From NCBI GenBank assembly GCA_965115855.1, contig OZ220470.1:1854318-1918317 (forward strand): a stretch of DNA of 64,000 nucleotides, read 5' to 3'. The stretch comes from Vicinamibacteria bacterium. Its GTDB lineage: Bacteria; Acidobacteriota; Vicinamibacteria; Marinacidobacterales; Marinacidobacteraceae. The position numbers and the translations under genes were made by a program. The notes under the pieces are model-generated. The model did no database searches, had not been told where the DNA came from, and saw only the letters and a list, made by a program, of their open reading frames with translations. Positions 7,724 to 17,324 of the stretch are shown here, in pieces (position 1 is the first letter of the stretch; each line of letters opens with the position of its first letter).

Positions 7724-8809
7724 ATGCCCAGTGCCGATAACACCGTCCCCCCGGTGACCCCCGCCACCCTGGACCGCGCCATTGCCGGTTTCCCGCGGCG
7801 GGACTTCGCCCTGCTGCCCACTCCCCTGGAGGAGTTGCCCCGCCTCTCCCGCGCCCTCGGCGGGCCCCGGATCCTCGCGAAGCGCGATGACATGACCGGA
7901 CACGCGCTCGGCGGCAACAAGGCGCGCAAGCTCAGCTACATCCTCGCCGACGCCGAGTCCAGGGGCGCCGACACCATCGTGACCTGGGCCGCCGTCCAGT
8001 CCAACTGGGTGCGCATGACCGCGGCCGGCGCCCGCCGGCTCGGCATGCGGCCGGTGGCCGTCCTGCATCCGCGGATCGTCCAGGCCTCGGATCCGGCCGA
8101 CGGAAACCTGCTGCTCGACCGCATCCTCGGCGCGGACGTCCGGATCATCGACCCGGAAGGCGACTGCGTGGCGGAGGCCGGACAGGTGGTGGAGGAGATC
8201 CGGGCGAAGGGCGGCAAGCCCTACGTCGTGCCCGTTGGCGGATCGGGTGTCTCCGGCTCGATGGAAACCCCGCTCGGCGCGATTTCCTATGTTGCGGCGT
8301 TCCGGGAACTGCTGGCACAAACGGAAGAGCGCAGCGGGCGGCCCACCCACGTGGTGCATGCGTCCGGCTCGGGGAGCACCCAGGCCGGCCTCGTCGTCGG
8401 AGCGCGCGCCCTCGCCCCGGACGTGCGCATCCTCGGCATCGGCACCGGGCGGAGGAAGGTGGAAGCGGAAGCCAACATCCTCAAAATCGCCCGGCAGGCA
8501 GCAGCCGCGCTCGAACTGGACCTGGAAGTCCGGCCGGAGCACGTGGAGGTGAACGAGGACTACATCGGGCGCGGCTACGGCCACCTCAACCGCTCGGTGG
8601 TGGAGGCCATTGCCACCATGGCGCGCACCGAAGGCATCTTCCTCGACCCGGTGTATTCCGGCAAGGGGATGTCCGGCCTCATCGATCTCATCCGCCGGGG
8701 CGCGTTCCGGCCTGACGACACGGTCGTCTTCGTCCACACCGGCGGCACTCCGGCGCTCTTCCCCTACAAGGAGGAGATCCTGCGGGACCTCCCGCCGGAC
8801 CGCTTCTGA
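7724..8809 (+). CDS. dcyD: Second D-cysteine desulfhydrase family PLP enzyme (no signal)
   Basis: KRDDMTGHALGGNKARKL, QSNW, SGSGSTQAG, LDPVYSGK, HTGG. Confidence 0.88.
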   Translation: MPSADNTVPPVTPATLDRAIAGFPRRDFALLPTPLEELPRLSRALGGPRILAKRDDMTGHALGGNKARKLSYILADAESRGADTIVTWAAVQSNWVRMTAAGARRLGMRPVAVLHPRIVQASDPADGNLLLDRILGADVRIIDPEGDCVAEAGQVVEEIRAKGGKPYVVPVGGSGVSGSMETPLGAISYVAAFRELLAQTEERSGRPTHVVHASGSGSTQAGLVVGARALAPDVRILGIGTGRRKVEAEANILKIARQAAAALELDLEVRPEHVEVNEDYIGRGYGHLNRSVVEAIATMARTEGIFLDPVYSGKGMSGLIDLIRRGAFRPDDTVVFVHTGGTPALFPYKEEILRDLPPDRF

Positions 8810-8888
8810 TGAAGGGGCGCGCCGGACATCGTTTCCCGTACCCTTCCCTTCCCATGACCCGACCTCGCATCCGTCGTGAACCGGCGAC

Positions 8889-10250
8889 ATGAAATCCATC
8901 GCTCTCGAGGATTTCCGCTGCTTCCGCAAGAAGCAGAACGCGCGCCTTGCGCCGGTCACGCTGCTGGTGGGCGACAACAGCACCGGCAAGACGTCCTTCA
9001 TGGCCATGATCCGGGCGCTCGGTACGATGCTTCACGAAAACCGGATGCCCGACTTCAAGGAGGATCCCTACGACCTCGGCAGTTTCGAGGACATCGCACA
9101 TCACCGCGGTCGTCGGGGGAGCCGCGCCTCGTCGTTTTCGGCGTGGCTGGATCTGGACCTGCCGCCGCCTGACGAAGAACCGCAGACCAACATCGAGAGA
9201 ACGACGGGAACCGGAATGCCGAGCCGTTTCTCCATGAGGTTCGGACCGGGTGGAGCCGCTCCGGTTCCGAGTTCGTGGCGCTTGGAGCATGATTACTTCC
9301 GGATGGAAATGAACTGGGAGGAACACGAGATTGAACTTGGCCTTTCCGGACATTCCTGGAAGGTCGACTTCAGGCAACGCGCGCGCCTGATCGATTCCGT
9401 TCAGGACACAATGGGACCGCTTCGTTCCATCGGACTCGTACTCGATAACGCAAAGGACGAAGACATTGTGTCTGTTGCCGGCTCGGATTCCGTTCCCAAG
9501 AGTCGTCTGGCAATCCATGTCCGCTCCCTGTTCCATTCCTGCACCCGCTTGCGGGCGCCCCATGCAAGCGCACCCGTGCGTTCCCGGCCCCGCCGCACCT
9601 ACGACCCGGCTCGTCCCGATCACGACGCGGAGGGTCGATCCATTCCGGTGTACTTGTTGGAAACCCACTCGAAACAAGGCACGAACTGGAGCTCCCTGAA
9701 GGAGAAACTGGAAACCTTCGGCCGCGGCTCGGGTCTGTTTGATGAAATCGAGGTCAAGCGGATGGGAGCGAAGGGCAGCGATCCCTTCCAGTTGCACCTC
9801 CGAAGATCCCGGAAGCGAGGCGAGCGACGGAAGGGCCCCCGGCGCAATCTGATCGATGTCGGTTACGGCGTCAGTCAGGTGCTGCCGATCCTGGTCGAGA
9901 TGCTCCGCGATGATGCGCCGTCGGGTTTTCTCCTGCAACAACCCGAGGTGCATCTCCACCCGAGCGCACAGGCCGCGCTGGGAAGCCTGTTCTGCGAGGT
10001 GGCGGGATCGGGTCGGCAACTCATCATCGAGACACACAGCGATCACCTGGTGGATCGCGTGCGGATGGATGTGCGGGACGGGAAAGGCAAGCTGACCCCG
10101 GAGGATGTGTCAATCCTGTTTTTCGAACAGATCGAACTGGATGTCAAGATCCATTCCATTCGCCTTGATAACGAGGGGAATGTGCTGGATGCACCCGATA
10201 GCTACCGGAAATTCTTCATGCAGGAAATAAATCGTTCTCTCGGATTCTGA
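8889..10250 (+). CDS. ABC-type (AAA_15/AAA_21-like) ATPase with DUF3696-like C-terminus
   Basis: Walker A GDNSTGKT, signature DVGYGVSQVLP, Walker B/D-loop LLQQPEVHLHP, H-loop ETHSDH. Confidence 0.8.
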   Translation: MKSIALEDFRCFRKKQNARLAPVTLLVGDNSTGKTSFMAMIRALGTMLHENRMPDFKEDPYDLGSFEDIAHHRGRRGSRASSFSAWLDLDLPPPDEEPQTNIERTTGTGMPSRFSMRFGPGGAAPVPSSWRLEHDYFRMEMNWEEHEIELGLSGHSWKVDFRQRARLIDSVQDTMGPLRSIGLVLDNAKDEDIVSVAGSDSVPKSRLAIHVRSLFHSCTRLRAPHASAPVRSRPRRTYDPARPDHDAEGRSIPVYLLETHSKQGTNWSSLKEKLETFGRGSGLFDEIEVKRMGAKGSDPFQLHLRRSRKRGERRKGPRRNLIDVGYGVSQVLPILVEMLRDDAPSGFLLQQPEVHLHPSAQAALGSLFCEVAGSGRQLIIETHSDHLVDRVRMDVRDGKGKLTPEDVSILFFEQIELDVKIHSIRLDNEGNVLDAPDSYRKFFMQEINRSLGF

Positions 10251-10252
10251 AC

Positions 10253-10722
10253 ATGTGTGCAATTCTGGATGCGAATGTTCTCGGCGAAGTGTTCGGAGAG
10301 TCGCCATCCGCCGCCGGAGGCAAATTTCGTGAGTGGCTTACCTGGAGGGGCAAACTGGTGACCGGGGGGAAGAATGGGAACGAGCTCGACAGTCCGCGGT
10401 TCCGCCAGTGGGCAAGAAGGCCCGCGTTTCGGGCCGTCTGATCACAGAGAACCGAGAGCGGGTCGAGAAAAGGACACGTGCCCTTGAGGTGGAGAACGCG
10501 CTGGTTTCGGATGACGCCCATGTGATTGCCCTGGCACAGGTCAGCGGCGCCCGCCTGCTGTATTCCAACGACCGGAATCTCCAGCGGGACTTCAAGAACA
10601 GGAAATTCATCGACAATCCGTGCGGGAAGGTGTACTCGACACTCCAGCGAAGAACACCAGACACCTACCGAAGATTGCTGCACCGTGCCTTGTGCGCTTC
10701 TCGGCGATGCAATGCAGATTGA
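10253..10722 (+). pseudogene. PIN-domain nuclease-like gene split by one frameshift (~10410-10420)
   Basis: Frame 1 gives MCAILDANV...FRQWAR; the shifted frame continues KARVSGRL...SDDAHVIALAQVSGARLLYSND. Acidic motifs LDAN, DDAH and SND are PIN-like. Confidence 0.6.
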
Positions 10723-10832
10723 AGCCGGCGACCGCTCCGGCGGGAAGCGGATAGTCCGGCGACACTGCTGGTGCGCGCCTCCACCGGAGGCGGCGGGAAT
10801 CAGCCAGGGCCGGGCGATGCCCGTACGCCGGG

Positions 10833-11219
10833 TCAGCCGGAGGGGGAGACCACCGCCTCCGCCTCGATTTCGACGAGGTACTCCTCGCCAACCAGATCGG
10901 CGAACGTCAGGGTGCAAGCCGGCCGGACATCCCGGAACCACTCCCCGTGCACCCGCGCGACCGCCTCCCAGTCGGCGCCCGGTTTCACATGGATCCTGGT
11001 CCGGACGACGTCCCGGAGCGAACCGCCGAGCGACTCGATGGCGCTTCGCACCTTGTCGAGGGCGTAGTGCGTCTGTCCCGCCGGATCGCCAGGCGCGACC
11101 GGTCCGTCCCTTCCCGTGGCCGTCGTGCCGGACACCAGGATGCGGTCCCCGACCCGGATCGCGCGGGAATAGGCGTATTCGGACTCCCACGGAACTCCGC
11201 TGTCCACCTTCGGCCGCAT
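10833..11219 (-). CDS. RidA/YjgF/UK114 family protein
   Basis: YSRAIRVGD...SGTT...VVRTRI...RPACT...LVEIEAEA. Confidence 0.9.
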   Translation of the reverse strand: MRPKVDSGVPWESEYAYSRAIRVGDRILVSGTTATGRDGPVAPGDPAGQTHYALDKVRSAIESLGGSLRDVVRTRIHVKPGADWEAVARVHGEWFRDVRPACTLTFADLVGEEYLVEIEAEAVVSPSG

Positions 11220-11231
11220 CGGCGGCGGATT

Positions 11232-12275
11232 TTATCCGGCGTCCCCGGGACGCTCGACCAGCATGGCATCTCCGAAGGAGTGGAACCGGTACCGCTTCCG
11301 GACCGCCTCCCGGTAGGCGGCGAGCACCCGCTTCCGGCCGGCGAGCGCCGCAACCAGCATGATCAGCGAACTCTCCGGCAGATGAAAATTGGTGAGCAGC
11401 GCGTCCACCAACCGGAAACGGTGTCCCGGCAGGATCAGGAGATCGGCGAATCCCGACTCCGGCGGGGCTTCCGGGTTCCCGCCGAGGGTCTCCAGCACCC
11501 GCACCGTGGTGGTGCCCACCGCCACCACCCGCCGGCGTTCCCGAAGGGCGGCGGCCACCGCCCGGCGGGTGGAATCCGGAAGCCGGTACCACTCCGGTTC
11601 CAGCCGGTGCTGCCGCGGATCCTTGCTCCGAACCGGGGCGAACGTCCCGTATCCGACATGCAGCGTGAGGTCATGAATCGCGATACCGCGGGCGGCGAGC
11701 CGCCGGAAGCTCTCCTCGGAAAAGTGAAGGCCGGCGGTCGGGGCCGCGACCGAGCCGGTCCGCCGGGCGTACACCGTCTGATAGCGCGCCCGGTCCTCCG
11801 GCAACGCACCGGCGGGGCGGCGAATATACGGAGGAAGCGGAGTCTCCCCGAGCCGGTCCGCGAGCCGGAAGACGTCGGCGGCGCCCTCGACGATGCGGAT
11901 CCGGTGCCGGGCGCCGGCCCGCGCCTCGACCTGCAGTCGGACCTCCCCGGCGACCAGCCGAATCCCCGGAGAGAGCGCCGGACGCGCCAGGGCCTCGAAG
12001 TGCGGCGCACCGGAAATCGAACCGGGGAGCGCCAGCAGCTCCACCCGGCCACCGGTGGGCTGCTTTCGCACCCGCAACCGTGCCGGGAAGACGCGGGTGT
12101 CGTTGCGGACCAGCAGGTCGTCCGGACGGAGGAGGTCCGGCAGGTCGGAGAAGCGGTGGTGCGCCGTCGTCCCGTCGCCCCGCAGGTGGAGCAGGCGCGA
12201 TCCGCTGCGGTCCGCTGCCGGCTGCTGGGCGATTTGCTCCGCCGGCAGGGAGAAGGAGAAGTCCGACGTGCGCAC
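11232..12275 (-). CDS. queA: SAM:tRNA ribosyltransferase-isomerase
   Basis: LPAEQIAQ, NDTRVFPARL, PLPPYI, YQTVYA, AAPTAGLHF, AVGTTTVRVLE, TNFHLPES, FGDAM. Confidence 0.97.
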   Translation of the reverse strand: MRTSDFSFSLPAEQIAQQPAADRSGSRLLHLRGDGTTAHHRFSDLPDLLRPDDLLVRNDTRVFPARLRVRKQPTGGRVELLALPGSISGAPHFEALARPALSPGIRLVAGEVRLQVEARAGARHRIRIVEGAADVFRLADRLGETPLPPYIRRPAGALPEDRARYQTVYARRTGSVAAPTAGLHFSEESFRRLAARGIAIHDLTLHVGYGTFAPVRSKDPRQHRLEPEWYRLPDSTRRAVAAALRERRRVVAVGTTTVRVLETLGGNPEAPPESGFADLLILPGHRFRLVDALLTNFHLPESSLIMLVAALAGRKRVLAAYREAVRKRYRFHSFGDAMLVERPGDAG

Positions 12276-12280
12276 CGGCT

Positions 12281-13279
12281 TCAGGTCCGGCCGTCGAACA
12301 GGGCCTCCGAAGAGGCCCGCCCCACGTGGCGGCGGCCCCTGGCAGTCAACACCCGGCCCTTGGCGGTCCGCTGCACGAACCCCCGGTAAATCAGGTAGGG
12401 CTCATGCACCTCCTCGAGGGTCCGGGTGTCCATCCCGAGGGTGGCGGCCAGGTTGGCCACCCCGGTGGGACCGCCGCCGAAGTTGTCGCAAAGGCTGGTC
12501 AGGACCCGGCGGTCGAATCGGTCGAGGCCCTCCTCGTCGATTCGGGCGAGTTCCAGCGCCTGTTCCGCCACCTTCCGGTCGACGACCCCGTCCCCCCGAA
12601 CCTCGGCGAAATCCCGGATCTGGCGAAGCAGGTTGTTGGCGATCCGGGGAGTCCCCCGGGAACGAGCGGCAATCTCGGCAGCCGCATCCTCCCGCAGGGC
12701 GGCGGCCATCACGCGGGCGGATCGGACGAGAACCTGCTCGATCTCGGCGTTGGTGTAGAAATCGAGCTGATGCGCAAGGGGGAAACGGTCACGCAGCGGG
12801 CCGGGAACAAGGTCGGGCCGCGTCGTCGCCCCGATCAGGGTGAAGGGCGCAAGGTTGAGCCGGAGCGCCTGGGCGCCGAGCTTCTCGCCCACCATGACGT
12901 CCACAAACCGATCCTCCATCGCCGGGTACAGCACCTCGGCGACCGCCGGCCCCAGACGGTGGATCTCGTCCACGAACAGGACATCCCGGGGTTGCTGGAC
13001 GTTCAGGAGCGCCACCATGTCCCCGGTCCGCGGGATGAGCGGCCCCGAGGAGGTATGCATCCGTACTCCCAGCTCGTGGGCCAGCACGGCGCCGAGCGAT
13101 GTCTTGCCGAGACCCGGAGGCCCGTGGAGCAGAACGTGATCCAGGGGCTCGCCACGAGCCTTCGCGGCCCGGATACTGATTTCAAGCTGGTCCCGGACCG
13201 AGTGCTGGCCGATGTATTCGGCGAAGTTCCGCGGCCTGAGGGTCTGGTGATACTCCTCGTCCGGGGACCTGCCTGCCAT
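12281..13279 (-). CDS. ruvB: Holliday junction branch migration helicase
   Basis: LRP..F.EYIGQ, HGPPGLGKT, FVDEIHRL, IGATTR, RGTPRIAN, HEPYL, RTAKGR. Start ATG 13279 overlaps the upstream stop (TGATG). Confidence 0.96.
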   Translation of the reverse strand: MAGRSPDEEYHQTLRPRNFAEYIGQHSVRDQLEISIRAAKARGEPLDHVLLHGPPGLGKTSLGAVLAHELGVRMHTSSGPLIPRTGDMVALLNVQQPRDVLFVDEIHRLGPAVAEVLYPAMEDRFVDVMVGEKLGAQALRLNLAPFTLIGATTRPDLVPGPLRDRFPLAHQLDFYTNAEIEQVLVRSARVMAAALREDAAAEIAARSRGTPRIANNLLRQIRDFAEVRGDGVVDRKVAEQALELARIDEEGLDRFDRRVLTSLCDNFGGGPTGVANLAATLGMDTRTLEEVHEPYLIYRGFVQRTAKGRVLTARGRRHVGRASSEALFDGRT

Positions 13280-15339
13280 CAGTTGTCCTGGCCCGCCATC
13301 ACGTCGGGAAGGGCGGTGTATTCGGCGCTGTCGCTTCCGGGCACCGGAAGATTCAGGATCCGCATGAGTTCGAGGGCATTGCCGCGGGGGAGCACTCCGT
13401 CCCGCAGGCGGAAATCGAAACGCATGACCCCGTCCCGGACCTCCTCGCTGAAGTGCATGTTGCGGATCCGGCCGGGAAGCTCGTGCGCGAGCTCGGTGAG
13501 CGAGAGATCGTGGGTGGTCAGGATGCCGACCGCACCGCGGCGGTCCAGCTCTCCGAGCAGCGCCCGCACGGCGATGCGGCGATCGGAGGAATTGGTGCCC
13601 TCGAGCACCTCGTCCAGCAAGCACAGCAAGGGCGTACCGGCGGCTCCCGCTTCCAGCACGGCCCGCAGGGCAAACAACTCGGCAAGGAATCGGGACACTC
13701 CGTCGCGCAGCGAATCCTGCGACGAAATCGAGGGGCCGAGGACCAGCCGGCCCAGACAGAAACGCGAAGCGGTCACCGGCGCCCCCATCCGGGCGAGGAC
13801 GAAGTTGGCGCCGATGGCGCGCAACAGGGTGCTCTTTCCCGACATGTTCGATCCGGTGACGATCAGGAAATCGGCGTCCCCCCGTCCCAGCGTGACCGAG
13901 TTGCGGGCCAGCCGCTCGAACGGGATCAGCGGATGGCCGAGATCGACCGCGGCGAGCCCCGGTTCCCCGTCAAATTCGGCGTACTCGTCCCCCGGCCGCT
14001 CGTCGGCATACTGCCCGAGCGCGAGCAGCGCGTCGAACTCCCCGGCAGCAGTCATCCAGCGCACCAGGTCCGCCTCGTGCCGCCGCCGCCAGCCCTCCAG
14101 CCGCAGGGCGAAATGGGTGCCCCAGAACAGCAGGAGGGCGAACGGGGTGAACATCAGGTTCCGCCGCATCAGGAACAGCGACCGGATGCGCCCGAGGTCG
14201 CGAAGCGGCGAAACGGCGTCGTCGACCTCGTCCCGAAGGCGCACCAGCGATTCCGACTGGAAGTTGGCGTTCCGGAGGATGACGACCGTCTCCCGGAGGC
14301 CTTCCACTTCGGAGGTCAAGCGGCCCACCGCGAGTTCGGCTTCCCGCACCAGGCGGCGGGTAAGGTTGCCGGCCAGCACCGACACCATCAGCGAGAGGGC
14401 GAGGGGCGCTGCACCGACAACCCCGGTCAGCCACAGCGTGAAGCCGAGGGCATTGGCGCCCGTCAAGACCACCACCAGGGACCGGACGGCCCGGGACGGG
14501 TAGGGAGGGGCAGCCCCGGCCTCACCGGCGGCGTCCGCAGCTTCGTCCTCCGAATCCGCGCCCGCGGCATCGTCGCCGAAGTCTCCCGCCTCGGCCAGCC
14601 GGCGCCACTGGCGCGCCTCGCCGTGGTCGCCCGCGTGCAGCGAACCCCGGACCCAGCCGGCAAGCACGCCGCCGGACACCGGCCACCGGCCAAGACATCC
14701 GGTCGCCGCAATCGCCTCGCGCAAATCCACCCGCGGGGCCAGTTCCCGGATCGCCTCCTGCCGACGCACCGATTCCCGGTGGGTTGCCGGGCGGATCATC
14801 CAGGACGCGAGCGTCTCTCCACCGGCGTCGGTGCGGTGATCGGCAACCCGGTCGAAGAGTTCCCCGCTTCCAAACAACCCGATATGCTCGTCCAGCTGCA
14901 GGTTCCCGCCCGGGCCGTCCCCGATGCGGCCCACCCGGTCCCGCCGCGCCGCCACCAGCTCCTCCTCTTCGAGGCGTGGACGCGAACGGGCGCCCTGGCG
15001 GCGAACCGCGTCTCCGGGCGACCGCGGCCGCTCGGCGTTCCCGGATACATCGGCTTCCATCCGCAGGAGCACCCGGCGATGGAACTGGAGCATCCGCTCG
15101 CCGCGCCGAACCTTGTTCCAGGTCTGTTCGTGAATCACCGCCAGAACCGTGAACGCGAGGAGCGGCAGCAGGATCCACCGCGCCGGAAGCGCTGCCTCGA
15201 TCACCCGGGCCGCGATCAGAATTCCGCCGGCCGCAACGCCCAAGCGGAACCGGGACAACCATTGGGCCCGCCGCAGCAACGCCTCCACCTCCTCGAGCCG
15301 GGCGTGGGACCGGGCGAGAACGGTGTTCAGGGAAACCAC
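13279..15339 (-). CDS. Membrane-associated MutS-related ATPase (MutS domain V only)
   Basis: GHPL, TGSNMSGKSTLLR, DSLRDGVSRF, DEVLEGTNS, TTHD, FDFRLRDG; several hydrophobic TM-like segments; no mismatch-binding domain I. Confidence 0.85.
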   Translation of the reverse strand: MVSLNTVLARSHARLEEVEALLRRAQWLSRFRLGVAAGGILIAARVIEAALPARWILLPLLAFTVLAVIHEQTWNKVRRGERMLQFHRRVLLRMEADVSGNAERPRSPGDAVRRQGARSRPRLEEEELVAARRDRVGRIGDGPGGNLQLDEHIGLFGSGELFDRVADHRTDAGGETLASWMIRPATHRESVRRQEAIRELAPRVDLREAIAATGCLGRWPVSGGVLAGWVRGSLHAGDHGEARQWRRLAEAGDFGDDAAGADSEDEAADAAGEAGAAPPYPSRAVRSLVVVLTGANALGFTLWLTGVVGAAPLALSLMVSVLAGNLTRRLVREAELAVGRLTSEVEGLRETVVILRNANFQSESLVRLRDEVDDAVSPLRDLGRIRSLFLMRRNLMFTPFALLLFWGTHFALRLEGWRRRHEADLVRWMTAAGEFDALLALGQYADERPGDEYAEFDGEPGLAAVDLGHPLIPFERLARNSVTLGRGDADFLIVTGSNMSGKSTLLRAIGANFVLARMGAPVTASRFCLGRLVLGPSISSQDSLRDGVSRFLAELFALRAVLEAGAAGTPLLCLLDEVLEGTNSSDRRIAVRALLGELDRRGAVGILTTHDLSLTELAHELPGRIRNMHFSEEVRDGVMRFDFRLRDGVLPRGNALELMRILNLPVPGSDSAEYTALPDVMAGQDN

Positions 15340-15342
15340 GAC

Positions 15343-15936
15343 TCAGCCGCGTCCGGTGAGCTTGCCGAGACCGACCCGAAGCCGCGACGCCAGGTCCGCA
15401 TCCGGCATTTCGGCCATCAGATCGTCGACGAGCGACTCGATCCGGCGGCGATCGGTGAACTGGAGACCCACGAACGCCGATATCAGCTGCTGCCGCTCCG
15501 CATCGACCGCGCCCCCGGCCTCGGCGGCTTCGGGATCCGGCAACGCGTCCGCCAATTCGGTGATGAGCCGGCGGGCCAGCCGGTTCCCGACTCCCGGAGC
15601 GGCGCAAAGGGCCTTCACGTCGCGCGAACGGATCGCCTTCCGCAGGTGGGCCACCGAAAGGGAAAGCAGTTTCAGTGCAACCGCGGGGCCCACCCCGCTG
15701 ACCGCGCGGATGCGATCGAAGAGGTCCGCCTCCTCCGGCGTGGCAAAGCCGAAGAGCAGAATGGCCTCGTCCCGAGGCATCAGCATCCGGATCCGGAGCG
15801 TCACCGGCGCGCCCGACGGGGGCAGCGAGGCAAGGGTCGCCGCGGAAACCCGTACCGAGAATCCCACCCCTCCGGTCTCGAGTGTCACCCGGTCCCCGTC
15901 GACAAGGCGAAGCGTTCCCGCGAGGCTTTCGATCAT
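15343..15936 (-). CDS. ruvA: Holliday junction DNA-binding protein
   Basis: MIESLAG, LETGGVG, LFGF, VSGVGP, APGVG; start ATG 15936. Confidence 0.92.
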   Translation of the reverse strand: MIESLAGTLRLVDGDRVTLETGGVGFSVRVSAATLASLPPSGAPVTLRIRMLMPRDEAILLFGFATPEEADLFDRIRAVSGVGPAVALKLLSLSVAHLRKAIRSRDVKALCAAPGVGNRLARRLITELADALPDPEAAEAGGAVDAERQQLISAFVGLQFTDRRRIESLVDDLMAEMPDADLASRLRVGLGKLTGRG

Positions 15937-16472
15937 GGGCCGGGAACCCGGGCGCCATCCAGCCGGCGACGGGCGCGCCGCGTGTCCAGATGGCAGATGG
16001 CCACCGCCAGGGCGTCGGTGGCGTCCCGGAGTGACGGGACCTCGGCAAGTCCCAGCCGACGCGCCACCATGGTAGCCACCGGATCCTTGCCGGCGCCGCC
16101 GTACCCGGTGAGCGCCTGCTTCACCGTCCGGGCCGGATACTCCGCGCACGGACGATCCCCCACCGCGGCCAGCACCGCCCCCCGGGCCTGACCGAGAACC
16201 AGCGCCGAACGAACGTTCCGCGCTACAAAAACCGCTTCCACCGCCACCTCGTCGGGGTCAAAACGGTCCAGCACCCGACCGATCTCCCGGTGGAGAAGAC
16301 TCATCCGAACCGACATCGACGATTTGGCGGGAATCCGCACGGCGCCGTGGCCCAGGGCGCCGAGCGTTCCGTTCCGGTCGGACACCACGCCCCAACCGGC
16401 GACGCGGGAACCCGGATCCAGCCCCACTACCAGATGGTCCCGGGTGGGGGGGACCCCCGGTCCGGCCCTCAC
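15933..16472 (-). CDS. ruvC: Crossover junction endodeoxyribonuclease
   Basis: GLDPGSR.AGWG, VAVE.VF, LGQARG, VKQALTGYG.A.K, DATDALAVA. Confidence 0.95.
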   Translation of the reverse strand: MRAGPGVPPTRDHLVVGLDPGSRVAGWGVVSDRNGTLGALGHGAVRIPAKSSMSVRMSLLHREIGRVLDRFDPDEVAVEAVFVARNVRSALVLGQARGAVLAAVGDRPCAEYPARTVKQALTGYGGAGKDPVATMVARRLGLAEVPSLRDATDALAVAICHLDTRRARRRLDGARVPGP

Positions 16473-16511
16473 CAGACGGACGGAGGGGCGAACCGAGTCA
16501 TGCCGCCGGCG

Positions 16512-17258
16512 TCACGAGGCCGCCTCGAACTGGTCGTCGTCCAGTTCGAAGTTGGCCCAGACCTGGGTCACGTCCTCCTGATCCTCCAGCGCTTCCATCA
16601 ACTGAAGGACGCGCCGGGCATCCGCGCCGGTGACGCGCACATGCTGATTCGGGATGAGGGCCACTTCCGCGCTCTCGCAGGCAATGCCGCGCTTCTCCAG
16701 CGCCGCGCGAACCGACTCGAAGGCTTCGGGCGGAGTCCGCACATCCCAGTGTTCGGCATCGTCGAGGACGTCCTCGCCGCCGTGGGCGAGCACCAGTTCG
16801 ATCAGATCGTCCTCGCCCACCTGATCCTTCGGCACGAGACACTGGCCGGCCTTCTCGAACATCCAGCCGACCGAGCCCGACTCCCCCAGATTTCCGCCGT
16901 ACCGGGAGAACAGATGCCGAACGTCGCTCACCGTGCGGTTCCGGTTGTCGGTCGCCGCCTCCACGAATACCGCCACCCCGGCCGGCCCGAATCCCTCGTA
17001 GCTGGCGTCCTCGAGCCGGAATCCCTCCAGTTCGCCGGTTCCCTTCTTGATCGCCCGCGCAATGTTGTCGCGGGGAACGTTGCCGGCCTTCGCCTTTTCC
17101 ACGGCGAGGCGCAACCTGGGATTGAATTGCAAGTCGCCGCCGTGCAGCCGGGCGGCCATGGTGACTTCCTTCAGCAGGCGAGTGAACGCCTTGCCGCGCT
17201 TCGCGTCCACGATGGCCTTCTTGTGGCGGATCGAATGCCACTTGCTGTGTCCGGACAC
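16512..17258 (-). CDS. yebC: YebC/PmpR family protein
   Basis: MSGHSKW..I.HKK, YEGFGP.G, TDNRNRT, GGNLGESGSV.WMF. Confidence 0.97.
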   Translation of the reverse strand: MSGHSKWHSIRHKKAIVDAKRGKAFTRLLKEVTMAARLHGGDLQFNPRLRLAVEKAKAGNVPRDNIARAIKKGTGELEGFRLEDASYEGFGPAGVAVFVEAATDNRNRTVSDVRHLFSRYGGNLGESGSVGWMFEKAGQCLVPKDQVGEDDLIELVLAHGGEDVLDDAEHWDVRTPPEAFESVRAALEKRGIACESAEVALIPNQHVRVTGADARRVLQLMEALEDQEDVTQVWANFELDDDQFEAAS

Positions 17259-17324
17259 GGGATGGGTACTGGGTCTCCCGAAAGGGGAAATGCTAGCAGC
17301 CCGAAAGGGCGGGAGGCGAGCCGG

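Noticed and set aside
6292-8809. ACC deaminase (acdS) call
   Set aside because: The diagnostic Glu/Leu positions are Thr or Ser and Thr.
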